Positions 30,191 to 38,755 of a stretch of 64,000 bases of DNA are shown piece after piece. Made by a program: the position numbers and the translations under genes. Under the pieces are notes generated by a model. It was not told the origin of the DNA and did not search any database. It saw nothing but the letters and a program-made list of their open reading frames with translations. The first letter of the stretch is position 1. Every line of letters begins with the position of its first letter. Source of the stretch: Candidatus Woesearchaeota archaeon (lineage in GTDB: Archaea; Nanobdellota; Nanobdellia; Woesearchaeales; GCA-2686295); assembly GCA_013202845.1 (NCBI GenBank), contig JABMPT010000008.1, positions 5,415 through 69,414 on the forward strand. The letters run 5' to 3'.

Positions 30191-30261
30191 TCAATCTTAT
30201 TAATTTAAAAAAAACGGATTATATAAAGATATCTAAATAAGAATTAACTTTTTAGAAATCT

Positions 30262-31047
30262 TCAAAGGCTCTCTTGCGCCTCTCTTTTGCTTTGTCTGTA
30301 TAGCTCGTTAGAAGGGTTTAGTTCTATTGCTCTGTCAAAGTTTGGTATTGCTTCTTCTAGTTTTCCTTGGTCTGCTAGTACTTCTGCTTTGTTAATCCAT
30401 GCGTTTGAAAGTGTTGGGTCTATTTCTATTGCTTTATCATAGCATTTTATCGCTTCTTCTGACTTTTCTTGTTTGTCTAGTGCTGTTCCTTTGTTGTTCC
30501 ATGCCTTTGCGTATTCTGGGTCTAGTTCTATTGCTTTGTCATAGTGTTGTATTGCTTCTTCTAGCTTTTCTTGTTTGTCTAGTGCTAGTCCTTTGTTGTT
30601 CCATGCGTTTGGGTCTTTTGGGTTTAGTTCTATTGCTCTGTCTAAGTTTTGTATTGCTTCTTCTAGCTTTCCTTGTTTGTATAGTGTTGCTCCTTTGTTA
30701 CACCATGCATTTGCGTGTTTTGGGTCTAGTTCTATTGCTTTATCATAGCATTTTATTGCTTCTTCATATCTCCCCAAGTCATTTAGTGCTAGTCCTTTGT
30801 TGTTCCATACTGTTGCGTGTTTTGGTTTTAATTCTATTACTTTATCATAATTTCGTATTGCTTCTTCTAGCTTTCCTTGTTTGTATAGTGCTAGTCCTTT
30901 GTTGAACCATGTCGTTGCTTCTCCCTTCCCTATTACTAGCAAGAACAAATTTTGAAGTCTTCTTGTTATAGTTTGTTTTATCTTAATCTCTATCTCTGCC
31001 AACTCTTCAAACTCACGTTCCAGATCTAGTCTTTTATCCAAAGTCAT
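30262..31047 (-). CDS. TPR repeat protein (6 repeats)
   Basis: Same N-terminal leader and C-cap as 20951-22147. Confidence 0.92.
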   Translation of the reverse strand: MTLDKRLDLEREFEELAEIEIKIKQTITRRLQNLFLLVIGKGEATTWFNKGLALYKQGKLEEAIRNYDKVIELKPKHATVWNNKGLALNDLGRYEEAIKCYDKAIELDPKHANAWCNKGATLYKQGKLEEAIQNLDRAIELNPKDPNAWNNKGLALDKQEKLEEAIQHYDKAIELDPEYAKAWNNKGTALDKQEKSEEAIKCYDKAIEIDPTLSNAWINKAEVLADQGKLEEAIPNFDRAIELNPSNELYRQSKREAQESL

Positions 31048-31143
31048 AATAATGGAAAGTAAATGATTTTTTTAAAGGTTTTACCAAAAACACATTAAGA
31101 ATTAATTTTTTCTTATGCCTTGAGCAAACTCAAAAACAGTTTC

Positions 31144-31188
31144 GTGACTACAAAAAACAACAAAATTTAAATATGTGGTCACCTTATA
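31144..31188. repeat. About 45 bp site upstream of the Fic gene, repeated at 32101-32144
   Basis: GTGACyACAAA...ATG...CACCTTATA in both copies; internal inverted arms GTGACTACA/TGTGGTCAC. Confidence 0.6.
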
Positions 31189-31195
31189 AGTTTAT

Positions 31196-32104
31196 ATGTT
31201 TCTTGAAAAGAGAAAAGCAGGAAAGAACATAAAATATTATTTGGTTCATTCATACAGAGATAAAGACAATAAAGTTGTAAAAATAAGACGATTTCTAGGA
31301 AGCAATTTATCAGAAAAAGAACTTAAAAAACTTAAAAAAAGAGCAGAAGAAATCATCAGCCAACAAATAGAAGATATGAAAACAAGTGTTTTTGACTTTT
31401 CTTTAACAGATAAAGAGATTCAATCGCTCAATAGATTCAGTGAAAAAATTGAAATTGTTCATTTTGATGATAAACAATGGCAACAATTTACAGAAGAATT
31501 CGTATATAATACTAATGCAATAGAAGGCTCAAAAGTATTAGAAGAAGAAGTCCCATACATACTAAGGAGAAAAGAAACAACAAACACTGATGAAATAGAA
31601 ACAAAAGGAGTTGCAAAAGCAGTTAAATTCATAAGAACTACAAAAGAAGATTTATCTTTAAAGTTGATGCTCAGATTACATGAGTTTTGTTTTAAAGGCT
31701 CAAGACCTTTTGCAGGTAAATTTCGAGATATTGAAGTAGGAATAAGAAATGGTTATGGAGAAATAATTCACCAAGGAACACTTGTTAAAGACCTAAATAA
31801 AGAATTAAATGAATTTATTTCATGGTATAAAAAAAATAAAAATAAGTTTAGACCATTGGTCTTAGCAGCAATCATACACAATCAATTCGAAGATATACAC
31901 CCATTCCAAGATGGAAATGGACGAGTGGGAAGATTGTTGTTAAATTTTGTTTTGTTAAAAAACAATTATCCGCCAGTAAACATCTTATTAGAAGATAGAA
32001 TAGAATATTACCACACATTACAAGAATATCAAAAAAACGATAAATTAAAACCAACACTTAAATTCTTAATAAAACAATACAAGAAAACACTGAAAAATAG
32101 GTGA
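31196..32104 (+). CDS. Fic family protein
   Basis: YNTNAIEG, HPFQDGNGRVGR. Confidence 0.92.
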   Translation: MFLEKRKAGKNIKYYLVHSYRDKDNKVVKIRRFLGSNLSEKELKKLKKRAEEIISQQIEDMKTSVFDFSLTDKEIQSLNRFSEKIEIVHFDDKQWQQFTEEFVYNTNAIEGSKVLEEEVPYILRRKETTNTDEIETKGVAKAVKFIRTTKEDLSLKLMLRLHEFCFKGSRPFAGKFRDIEVGIRNGYGEIIHQGTLVKDLNKELNEFISWYKKNKNKFRPLVLAAIIHNQFEDIHPFQDGNGRVGRLLLNFVLLKNNYPPVNILLEDRIEYYHTLQEYQKNDKLKPTLKFLIKQYKKTLKNR

Positions 32105-32200
32105 CCACAAATAAAGAATATTAAATTATGGTAGACACCTTATAGACGAGAAGTTACCATTACAAATATATAATTAGTGTGTTTTTAGAGAAAAAGAAAG

Positions 32201-32210
32201 TGCCCCGAGC
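32201..32210 (-). repeat. Repeat family P copy 6
   Basis: TGCCCCGAGC. Confidence 0.85.
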
Positions 32211-32245
32211 GAGAAAAAAAGGAATAAATAAAAAAATTAAATTAT

Positions 32246-32752
32246 TTATTCAGCAGAAGAATCTGCGTATAGGAATCTATACCAAGGGGCTTTCTCAGTT
32301 AATTTACCTTCATTATCTAAGTTAAACCTTTTAGTTGCTTTTCCTTTAATAAATCCAAAGTACTTTACTTGTTCTTTAGCTTTTATCTTAACTTCGCCAG
32401 TTTCTTCATCAACTTCTTCCACTTCAACATCTTCAAGAGTTCTATTAGCGACTCTTGCTTCAAAAGCTTCCATGTTTGTTTGTAGTCTTGCTCTTGCGTT
32501 CTCATTAGTGACTTTTGTCAAAGCCATTTCTAAACCAGTAACTTTAGGTTTACCAGCTTTTTCAGGTTTACCAACATCATCAGGTTTACCAGCATCTTCT
32601 GGCATATTAATAAGTTCTGGCTGACCAGTTTCATCAGGCATACCAGTAGTTTCCGGTCTGCCAACATCATCAGGTGCATTTCCCTGTCCTTGAGCCATAA
32701 CAATAGAACTCATCAAAAACAAAGCAATTAATAAAACTATAACTTTTCTCAT
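32246..32752 (-). CDS. Secreted protein with short G.P repeats
   Basis: Signal peptide; GKPDDVGKPEKAGKP; C-terminal APWYRFL. Confidence 0.75.
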   Translation of the reverse strand: MRKVIVLLIALFLMSSIVMAQGQGNAPDDVGRPETTGMPDETGQPELINMPEDAGKPDDVGKPEKAGKPKVTGLEMALTKVTNENARARLQTNMEAFEARVANRTLEDVEVEEVDEETGEVKIKAKEQVKYFGFIKGKATKRFNLDNEGKLTEKAPWYRFLYADSSAE

Positions 32753-32832
32753 AATATCACCGAATTTATGTATTATTATTCATATATAAAAAAGTTATTA
32801 TTTTACCCTAAAAGATTGAACGAATAATAAAG

Positions 32833-32870
32833 TGCCCCGAGCGAGCTTATCCCCTCTACAACCTTTATAT
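32833..32870. repeat. Repeat P copy 7 adjacent to an E copy
   Basis: TGCCCCGAGCGAGCTTATCCCCTCTACAACCTTTATAT. Confidence 0.8.
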
Positions 32871-32894
32871 ATAAATCTTCTTTCCTGTTTTTTT

Positions 32895-33365
32895 ATGAAG
32901 GCTTTTTCAAGTGCTGAAATTGAAGGAACTAGAAACTTCTTTAGGAATAAAGACTTTCAAGAAGTGGAAGTATCTTTAGGTGATAGAACCTTTTCTTATT
33001 TCGTTATTCCTCAATATATGGAACCAAACTTAGCTGATTTTGTAGTTCGTTTAACAGGAGATCCTGAAGATGGTTATGTTCTAGGTGTTTCTGACAGCGT
33101 TGATTCAAGATATAGGCAATATGCTGTGGTTCATGAATTCATAGAGTTCATTGAGATAGGAATCAACACTAAAGACAGATGTGTAAAAGCCTTGGATGAA
33201 GAGTTAAAATTGGTTCCTGAAGACTTAAAGCCAGGTTACATTAGGATGAGAACTGAATTCTTTAGAAATCTGATTCCTTACTGCTCAAAACAGCTTGCGT
33301 TGTATACAAGTGATGATTTGAATCAATTTAGAAAGAATCTTGCTAAATTAGAAGAATTAGTATAA
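32895..33365 (+). CDS. Hypothetical protein, paralog of 20016-20486
   Basis: Same length (471 nt) and about 87% aa identity by manual count. Confidence 0.8.
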   Translation: MKAFSSAEIEGTRNFFRNKDFQEVEVSLGDRTFSYFVIPQYMEPNLADFVVRLTGDPEDGYVLGVSDSVDSRYRQYAVVHEFIEFIEIGINTKDRCVKALDEELKLVPEDLKPGYIRMRTEFFRNLIPYCSKQLALYTSDDLNQFRKNLAKLEELV

Positions 33366-33422
33366 TAAATATCTTATCCCTTCCCATAATAACCCTTTAC
33401 CAATAAACACTCTAGAATTTAT

Positions 33423-34103
33423 CTATTTCTTTTTCTTTCTCTCTTCATATCTCTTCTTTGATCTTTCTAGGATTTTATCCCAATCTCTGGTCACACTAGC
33501 TGTGCCATCTTTGTTAATGACGACTTTGCTATCTCTATGGCCACGACAGGCCATCGTCCTTCTAGGTCCTTTGTCTTTTCTAATCTCTTCAAATATGTCA
33601 TCAAGTTCTTTATCAGTGTAAGGTATTGCTGATCTTAAACTTTTAGTATCAACTGTTTCTATATCACCTACTGCTATTACCATTGCTTTGAATATGTCAA
33701 CGAGTCCATATTTTTCTTTTTTAAAATCCGCTAATATTTTATGAGCTTTTGCCTCGTCTTCGTCTGGTAAGGTTACGCAAGCTGCAGCACGTTTTAATTG
33801 AACGCTTGCTTCATTAAGATTAAATCTCCATTCAAGAACATTTTCTAATTCTTTTTTCTCATATCCACATTTTATACATCCTAAAAGCTTGTAAGTTCCA
33901 TCAGATCCATGGTGTAATCCTTTCTTCTTGCATTTTGGACACGTTCCATCTCCTGCTAGGAGCATAATAGGCGGACCGGTATATTTATAGTTTTTATTCT
34001 CAGCATATAGTTTATCAGTCCATATTAGTCCACATTCTCTACAGATATTCTCATCTCCTTCTACATCAACTTTAGAACTCTTACATACAACACATTTAAT
34101 CAT
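33423..34103 (-). CDS. Double zinc-ribbon protein with TFIIB-like N-terminal ribbon
   Basis: CVVC-x16-CREC-G, then CPKC...CIKCGY, then a helical region. Confidence 0.65.
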   Translation of the reverse strand: MIKCVVCKSSKVDVEGDENICRECGLIWTDKLYAENKNYKYTGPPIMLLAGDGTCPKCKKKGLHHGSDGTYKLLGCIKCGYEKKELENVLEWRFNLNEASVQLKRAAACVTLPDEDEAKAHKILADFKKEKYGLVDIFKAMVIAVGDIETVDTKSLRSAIPYTDKELDDIFEEIRKDKGPRRTMACRGHRDSKVVINKDGTASVTRDWDKILERSKKRYEERKKKK

Positions 34104-34226
34104 TTTATGGTAAAGTATTGATATTATTTAACTTTTTCCCCTATCCCTTTCCTCTATAATCTTTAACAACTTTCTCTATTTATTATTTTTATTTTCAACA
34201 AGGGTCATTTTTCCAGCTAATTAGCT

Positions 34227-34508
34227 CTAATCACAATATCCTATTGCTTGGCCTGTACTACTATTATTTTCATACCATTCTTCTCGCTCTGACGGCCCTG
34301 TTATTTCTTCGTATACGTTCTTTATTATTGAATGTCTTCCTTCGAATGCTATATTATCAATTGTTTCGTATGCTGAGAATATTGTTAGCCCTGCTGCCAG
34401 CCAGAACCACTTAGGGATTATTCTGCGTTCTTTTTTTATCTTTATTTTTGTACTCTTCAACTCTTTAAACTCTCTCTCAGGATCAACTACTTTCTCATCG
34501 ATAGCCAT
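34227..34508 (-). CDS. Small membrane protein sharing the TPR-family N-terminal leader
   Basis: DPEREFKELKSTKIKIKK...WFWLAAG resembles LEREFEELAEIEIKIK...WFLLAMG. Confidence 0.6.
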   Translation of the reverse strand: MAIDEKVVDPEREFKELKSTKIKIKKERRIIPKWFWLAAGLTIFSAYETIDNIAFEGRHSIIKNVYEEITGPSEREEWYENNSSTGQAIGYCD

Positions 34509-34557
34509 CAGAACTAAAAGAAAGCTCATTGTTTTTTTAAAGGTTTATTAGAAATCT

Positions 34558-35025
34558 TCAAAGGTTCTCTTGTGCTTTCTTCTTGTTTTGCCTGTATACT
34601 TTTTTAGATGGGTCTAGTTCTATTGCTCTTTCATATGCTTTTATTGCTTCTTCTGGCTTTCCTAGTTCGTTTAGTGCTATTCCTTTGTTGTTCCATGCGG
34701 TTGTGTATTCAGGGTTTATTTCTGTTGCTCTGTCATAGCTTTCTATTGCTTCTTCTAGTTTTCCTTGTTCGCCTAGTGTTGTTCCTTTGTTGTTCCATGT
34801 GTCTGCGTCTTTTGGGTTTATTTCTATTGCCCTGTAAAAACATTCTACTGCTTCTTCTAGTTTTCTTTGGTTGTATAGTTCTACTCCTTTGTTGCTCCAT
34901 TTGTATCCCTTCCCTGTTACTAGTCGGAACCAATTTTGAAGTCTTCTTGTTATCTTTTGTTTTTTTATCTCAATCTCTACATTCTCCGACCCTGTTTTAA
35001 GATTTACTTCTTTCTCCAAAGGCAT
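34558..35025 (-). CDS. TPR repeat protein (3 repeats)
   Basis: EIEIKKQKITRRLQNWF leader plus 3 TPRs. Confidence 0.88.
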   Translation of the reverse strand: MPLEKEVNLKTGSENVEIEIKKQKITRRLQNWFRLVTGKGYKWSNKGVELYNQRKLEEAVECFYRAIEINPKDADTWNNKGTTLGEQGKLEEAIESYDRATEINPEYTTAWNNKGIALNELGKPEEAIKAYERAIELDPSKKVYRQNKKKAQENL

Positions 35026-35072
35026 TTTAAACAAAAGAAAGCTTATTATTTTTTAAAGGTTTAACTAAAAAC

Positions 35073-35813
35073 TTATCCTTCTGCAATAACTAAATGTTCT
35101 TCAACATCTTCTCTGTGTGTTTCTCTATTAGAATCTAAGGAACTGGCATGACCATATTCAGCAGTTAGGATTTCTGTCATAAGACTCAATTTATCCTCGA
35201 ATGGAATGTGACCTAAACTTGCAGCTTCTTCAGGAGTCATAGAATATACTTTTACACCAGTCATTTTAGCTGTTTCTGGATCAATTCCCTCAAACCATAA
35301 AGAACTCGTTAAGTGAGCTTCATCAACTTTTCTTGAAAGATCATCAACTTCGTCCGAAGTAAATTTCCTAAAACCATTTCTTTGATACATCTCGCTTAAC
35401 TGTTCGGTTGTCAAGGGGTATTCTTGAATACGAGATTCCTCAACAATTATTTCTCCAGGTCTTTGTGGTCTCATAATTAAAGTCTTATCTCTTTCTCTAG
35501 ATAATGTCTTTGAATGATCTAATAACAGTTTTCCTATTCCATTTCTAAAGTAGGCTGGATCAACTTTTAGCATTCTTAATTCTAAAAATGTTGGTTCAAC
35601 ATCAAGCAAAGAAGATTGTCTTGTAACAAATCCTGAATAACCTAACAATTCTCCTTTATAATCAGGACTTGTTGCCAATAAAGCAAATGGAAAATCTCCA
35701 TTTTTTAATTCTGCTTCTCTAATATTTACTGATGTTGAAGAACCATTTAATTGAAGTTTAGTAGTTCCTCTATCTCTTGAAGATTTTATATGTTTTTTTT
35801 TAATCATGTCCAT
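35073..35813 (-). CDS. GNAT-family acetyltransferase-like protein
   Basis: LKVDPAYFRNGIGKLLL, MYQRNGF. Confidence 0.75.
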   Translation of the reverse strand: MDMIKKKHIKSSRDRGTTKLQLNGSSTSVNIREAELKNGDFPFALLATSPDYKGELLGYSGFVTRQSSLLDVEPTFLELRMLKVDPAYFRNGIGKLLLDHSKTLSRERDKTLIMRPQRPGEIIVEESRIQEYPLTTEQLSEMYQRNGFRKFTSDEVDDLSRKVDEAHLTSSLWFEGIDPETAKMTGVKVYSMTPEEAASLGHIPFEDKLSLMTEILTAEYGHASSLDSNRETHREDVEEHLVIAEG

Positions 35814-35877
35814 TCAAGCAGGAAATCAAGAGAATTATAAAAAGGTATAGCTCAAAATAACAACCCTTAAAGATTAT

Positions 35878-36480
35878 CTATTTTTTAATATTAGAAAGCA
35901 TTCTATTATGTAAATCTTCATATCTGCGAGGATTATTCGTAACTCTTTTTATTAATTCAAGAGTGTCTTTTGATGAAAAATCCGGATCATATGGTTCCTT
36001 TCCTCCCGGAGCAGACACTTTTGAGACTGTTCCATTCCTAAAAATCCGAAACTTAGGAAAATCAAATCTTCCTTTTTCATTTATCGCTAAGATAGGAAAT
36101 TTAATCTCTCTAGACAATTCTATAGATAATTTATTCACAATCTCATAATCAATTACAGGAAGATAGAAATAAGAACTTAAATCAGGAGCATAAAGATAAG
36201 CAGCATCAAAATCCATTGTGCCAATCTTATAAAAAAAGTACATCATTGGTTCTTTTGGCAAACTAAAATCATACTTCAATAAAGAATCTTTCAACTCTTC
36301 AGCAAGCGTGTCTATACTATGAATTCCAATGTCTATAGCACTAGCATCTAATTGATCTTCTGGAGTCTTGAAATGTGCTTCAACGCCATTGGATTTAAGT
36401 ATTCTAATGATTTTCTCAAGATCAACATAGAACTCAGGAGAAGTCTCTTCTCGAACAATTAAGCTATCATTATTGCTCAT
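35878..36480 (-). CDS. Hypothetical protein
   Basis: 200 aa ORF, no recognisable motif. Confidence 0.6.
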   Translation of the reverse strand: MSNNDSLIVREETSPEFYVDLEKIIRILKSNGVEAHFKTPEDQLDASAIDIGIHSIDTLAEELKDSLLKYDFSLPKEPMMYFFYKIGTMDFDAAYLYAPDLSSYFYLPVIDYEIVNKLSIELSREIKFPILAINEKGRFDFPKFRIFRNGTVSKVSAPGGKEPYDPDFSSKDTLELIKRVTNNPRRYEDLHNRMLSNIKK

Positions 36481-36522
36481 TATAAAATAGAAAAGGCATT
36501 TATTATTTAATCCTTTCTATCT

Positions 36523-36969
36523 CTATTTAGAATACTTCTTTTCAATATCTCTTATCTTATTTATTCTTCTTTCATGCCTGCCGTCTTCAAACTCTGTTGT
36601 GAAGAAGGTTTCTATTATTTCTTTTAAATCCTCAGCTCTTGTGTTCCATCCTGACAATACCAATATATTGGCATCGTTGTGCTCTCTGCTTATCTTTGCT
36701 TCTTTTTTTGTGTGACAGAGAGCTGCTCTTATTCCAGGAACCTTATTAGCGACAATACTCATGCCTACTCCTGTGCCGCATATCAATATTCCTTTAGCAT
36801 TCTCTTCAACAACTCTTTTAGCAACAATCAGTGCATGATCCGGATAGTCATCATTTTCATCAAAGAAAGGAGAGATATCTTCCAAATCCCAACCCATAGA
36901 ACTCAATAATCTTTTAATCTCTTCTTTCAACTTAAAACCTGCATGGTCAGAGCCGATGTAGATTGTCAT
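36523..36969 (-). CDS. rpiB: Ribose-5-phosphate isomerase B
   Basis: GSDHAGFKLK, DYPD, ICGTGVGMSIVANKVPGIRAA, HNDAN, GRHERR. Confidence 0.95.
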   Translation of the reverse strand: MTIYIGSDHAGFKLKEEIKRLLSSMGWDLEDISPFFDENDDYPDHALIVAKRVVEENAKGILICGTGVGMSIVANKVPGIRAALCHTKKEAKISREHNDANILVLSGWNTRAEDLKEIIETFFTTEFEDGRHERRINKIRDIEKKYSK

Positions 36970-37057
36970 AATGATTTAATTAGTAGAGTAACTATAAAAA
37001 GTTTATGATAGGTTTTTATTAAAAAATTTTATATAAGAATTTTAATTCCCTGTCTGA

Positions 37058-38059
37058 ATGGGAAACACTGTCTTGCAATCAACTCGTTTTTTAGTTGAGA
37101 ATCCTTCTTATGTTAGGATAAATCATGAAAGACTTGAGGAGTTTGCTGAAATGTTTTCTAAGTATGATTTGACATTGCCAGCCTATGATTACTTTGGTCT
37201 GCCTGAGGGAACTGATAACACAGTGATTGATTTCTTTGTGTTGATTAATACAATCAATTTTGCATATGTAGACTTGGAGACTAAAAAACTATTCAAAACA
37301 TTCCACAATGGAAAAGAGATTAATGATTATGCTGCTCTATGCGTTTGTTTTAAGAGATCTCTTGAAGAAGGAATGTCTGTTCTGGAGGGTGAATTCTTAA
37401 AGGATATTTCTGAGGATGATTTGGACAGTATACTTAGCAGGGATTCAAAGATTCATATGTTTGAGGAGAGGTTAGATATTTTGAGGGAAGTTGGTCAGGT
37501 GCTATGTGAAAAGTATGATGGACACTTTCATAATATCCTTGCTGAGTCTAATAACCGGCTTTTCAACAATGGAACTGGTTTTGTCGAACGTTTAATAAAT
37601 GACTTTCCTTCGTTTGATGATTCTGTTCAATATCAAGGTAAATTGGCGAGGTTTGATAAGCGAGCACAGCTGGCAGGTGGTATGTTGTATGGGAGGTTCA
37701 AGAACGCGGGCATAGATTTGTTTGAGGATGTCGATGAGTTAACTGTGTTTGCAGATTACATTCTTCCGAGGGAGTTTAGAGACTTAGGTGTATTTGTGTA
37801 TGAAGATAGATTAGCTGAGAGAATAGATCTCAGAATGCCAGTATTGTCTGAATCTGATGAAGAATTGGAGATGAGAGCTGGCACTGTTCACACAGGTAAG
37901 GGATTCGTTGACGGAATTAATAAATATAGGAATGATAAAGAAAAAATAAATTCTATACATGCTGATAGCTTTTTTTGGTCTTTCTCTAGGAATGGTGAGA
38001 AAGAAAGACTCAGCATTGAATCAACCCCTCATCACCTAACCAAAACGATTGCTTATTAA
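37058..38059 (+). CDS. Queuosine salvage family protein (DUF2419/Qng1-like nucleotide N-glycosylase)
   Basis: NTINF, ERL..L.EVG, FPSFDD, FDKRAQL, TVFADY, EELEMRA, PHHLTKTIAY. Confidence 0.82.
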   Translation: MGNTVLQSTRFLVENPSYVRINHERLEEFAEMFSKYDLTLPAYDYFGLPEGTDNTVIDFFVLINTINFAYVDLETKKLFKTFHNGKEINDYAALCVCFKRSLEEGMSVLEGEFLKDISEDDLDSILSRDSKIHMFEERLDILREVGQVLCEKYDGHFHNILAESNNRLFNNGTGFVERLINDFPSFDDSVQYQGKLARFDKRAQLAGGMLYGRFKNAGIDLFEDVDELTVFADYILPREFRDLGVFVYEDRLAERIDLRMPVLSESDEELEMRAGTVHTGKGFVDGINKYRNDKEKINSIHADSFFWSFSRNGEKERLSIESTPHHLTKTIAY

Positions 38060-38094
38060 AAAATTTTATAAACATTAATAATATTAGTTTCTTC

Positions 38095-38709
38095 ATGGCA
38101 AAAGTATCAGTTTCTATTTTGAATGAAAACTTCACTCAGGAAGCAGTTGATAGTGTAAAATCTGCTGATATGATTCATTTCGACATAATAGATGGCCGGT
38201 TTGTTCCTGATAAGACTGTGTGGGCTGATGTTGTCGACTTGTTGAGAACTGATCTGCCAAAGGATGTTCATCTGATGACTGTCAATCCTGAAGAGCATGT
38301 TGATGAATTCTTAGACGCTGGAGCAGATAGAATTTCTTTTCATATTGAAGCAACTGATTGTCCTGAGTCAATAATTGGTCTCATACATGCAAAAGGTGTC
38401 AAGGCAGGTATTGCCATCAAGCCAAGCACTGATTTGGAAGCTATTTCTCGTTTTCTAAAGGATGTTGAGTTTGTTTTGGTAATGTCTGTAGAGCCTGGAG
38501 CAAGCGGCCAAGGTTTCATAGAATCTATTATAGACAAGATAAAGGACATAAAAAAGAGATTCCCTAACCTAGAGATAGAGGTTGATGGCGGTATAGACGA
38601 CAAAACAGGTAAACAAGTTATAGAAGCAGGTGCAAATATCCTTGTCTCAGATTCTTATATACATGAAGGTAATTCTAAAGAGAAAATAGATGTTTTGAAG
38701 AAAATATAG
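38095..38709 (+). CDS. rpe: Ribulose-phosphate 3-epimerase
   Basis: HFDIIDGRFVP, DVHLM, VMSVEPG, IEVDGGI. Confidence 0.93.
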   Translation: MAKVSVSILNENFTQEAVDSVKSADMIHFDIIDGRFVPDKTVWADVVDLLRTDLPKDVHLMTVNPEEHVDEFLDAGADRISFHIEATDCPESIIGLIHAKGVKAGIAIKPSTDLEAISRFLKDVEFVLVMSVEPGASGQGFIESIIDKIKDIKKRFPNLEIEVDGGIDDKTGKQVIEAGANILVSDSYIHEGNSKEKIDVLKKI

Positions 38710-38755
38710 AGGAATTAATTACAATTGGAGTAAAATTCTATAAGTGCGAGGAAAA

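Noticed and set aside
21169..35000. Leu/Cys-rich + strand ORFs (21169, 21679, 30399, 34608)
   Set aside because: Antisense shadows of the repetitive TPR genes
20951..35025. Diversity-generating retroelement acting on TPR or duplicated genes
   Set aside because: No reverse transcriptase in the window and no template/variable pair with adenine-only differences; the 44-bp duplicate is identical
19945..35062. TTTTTTAAAGGTTT motif as a separate mobile repeat
   Set aside because: It lies about 25 nt upstream of minus-strand starts and is best read as a shared BRE/TATA promoter
448..36500. CRISPR array interpretation of the dispersed repeats
   Set aside because: Copies are kilobases apart, degenerate and separated by genes; no regular spacers or cas genes
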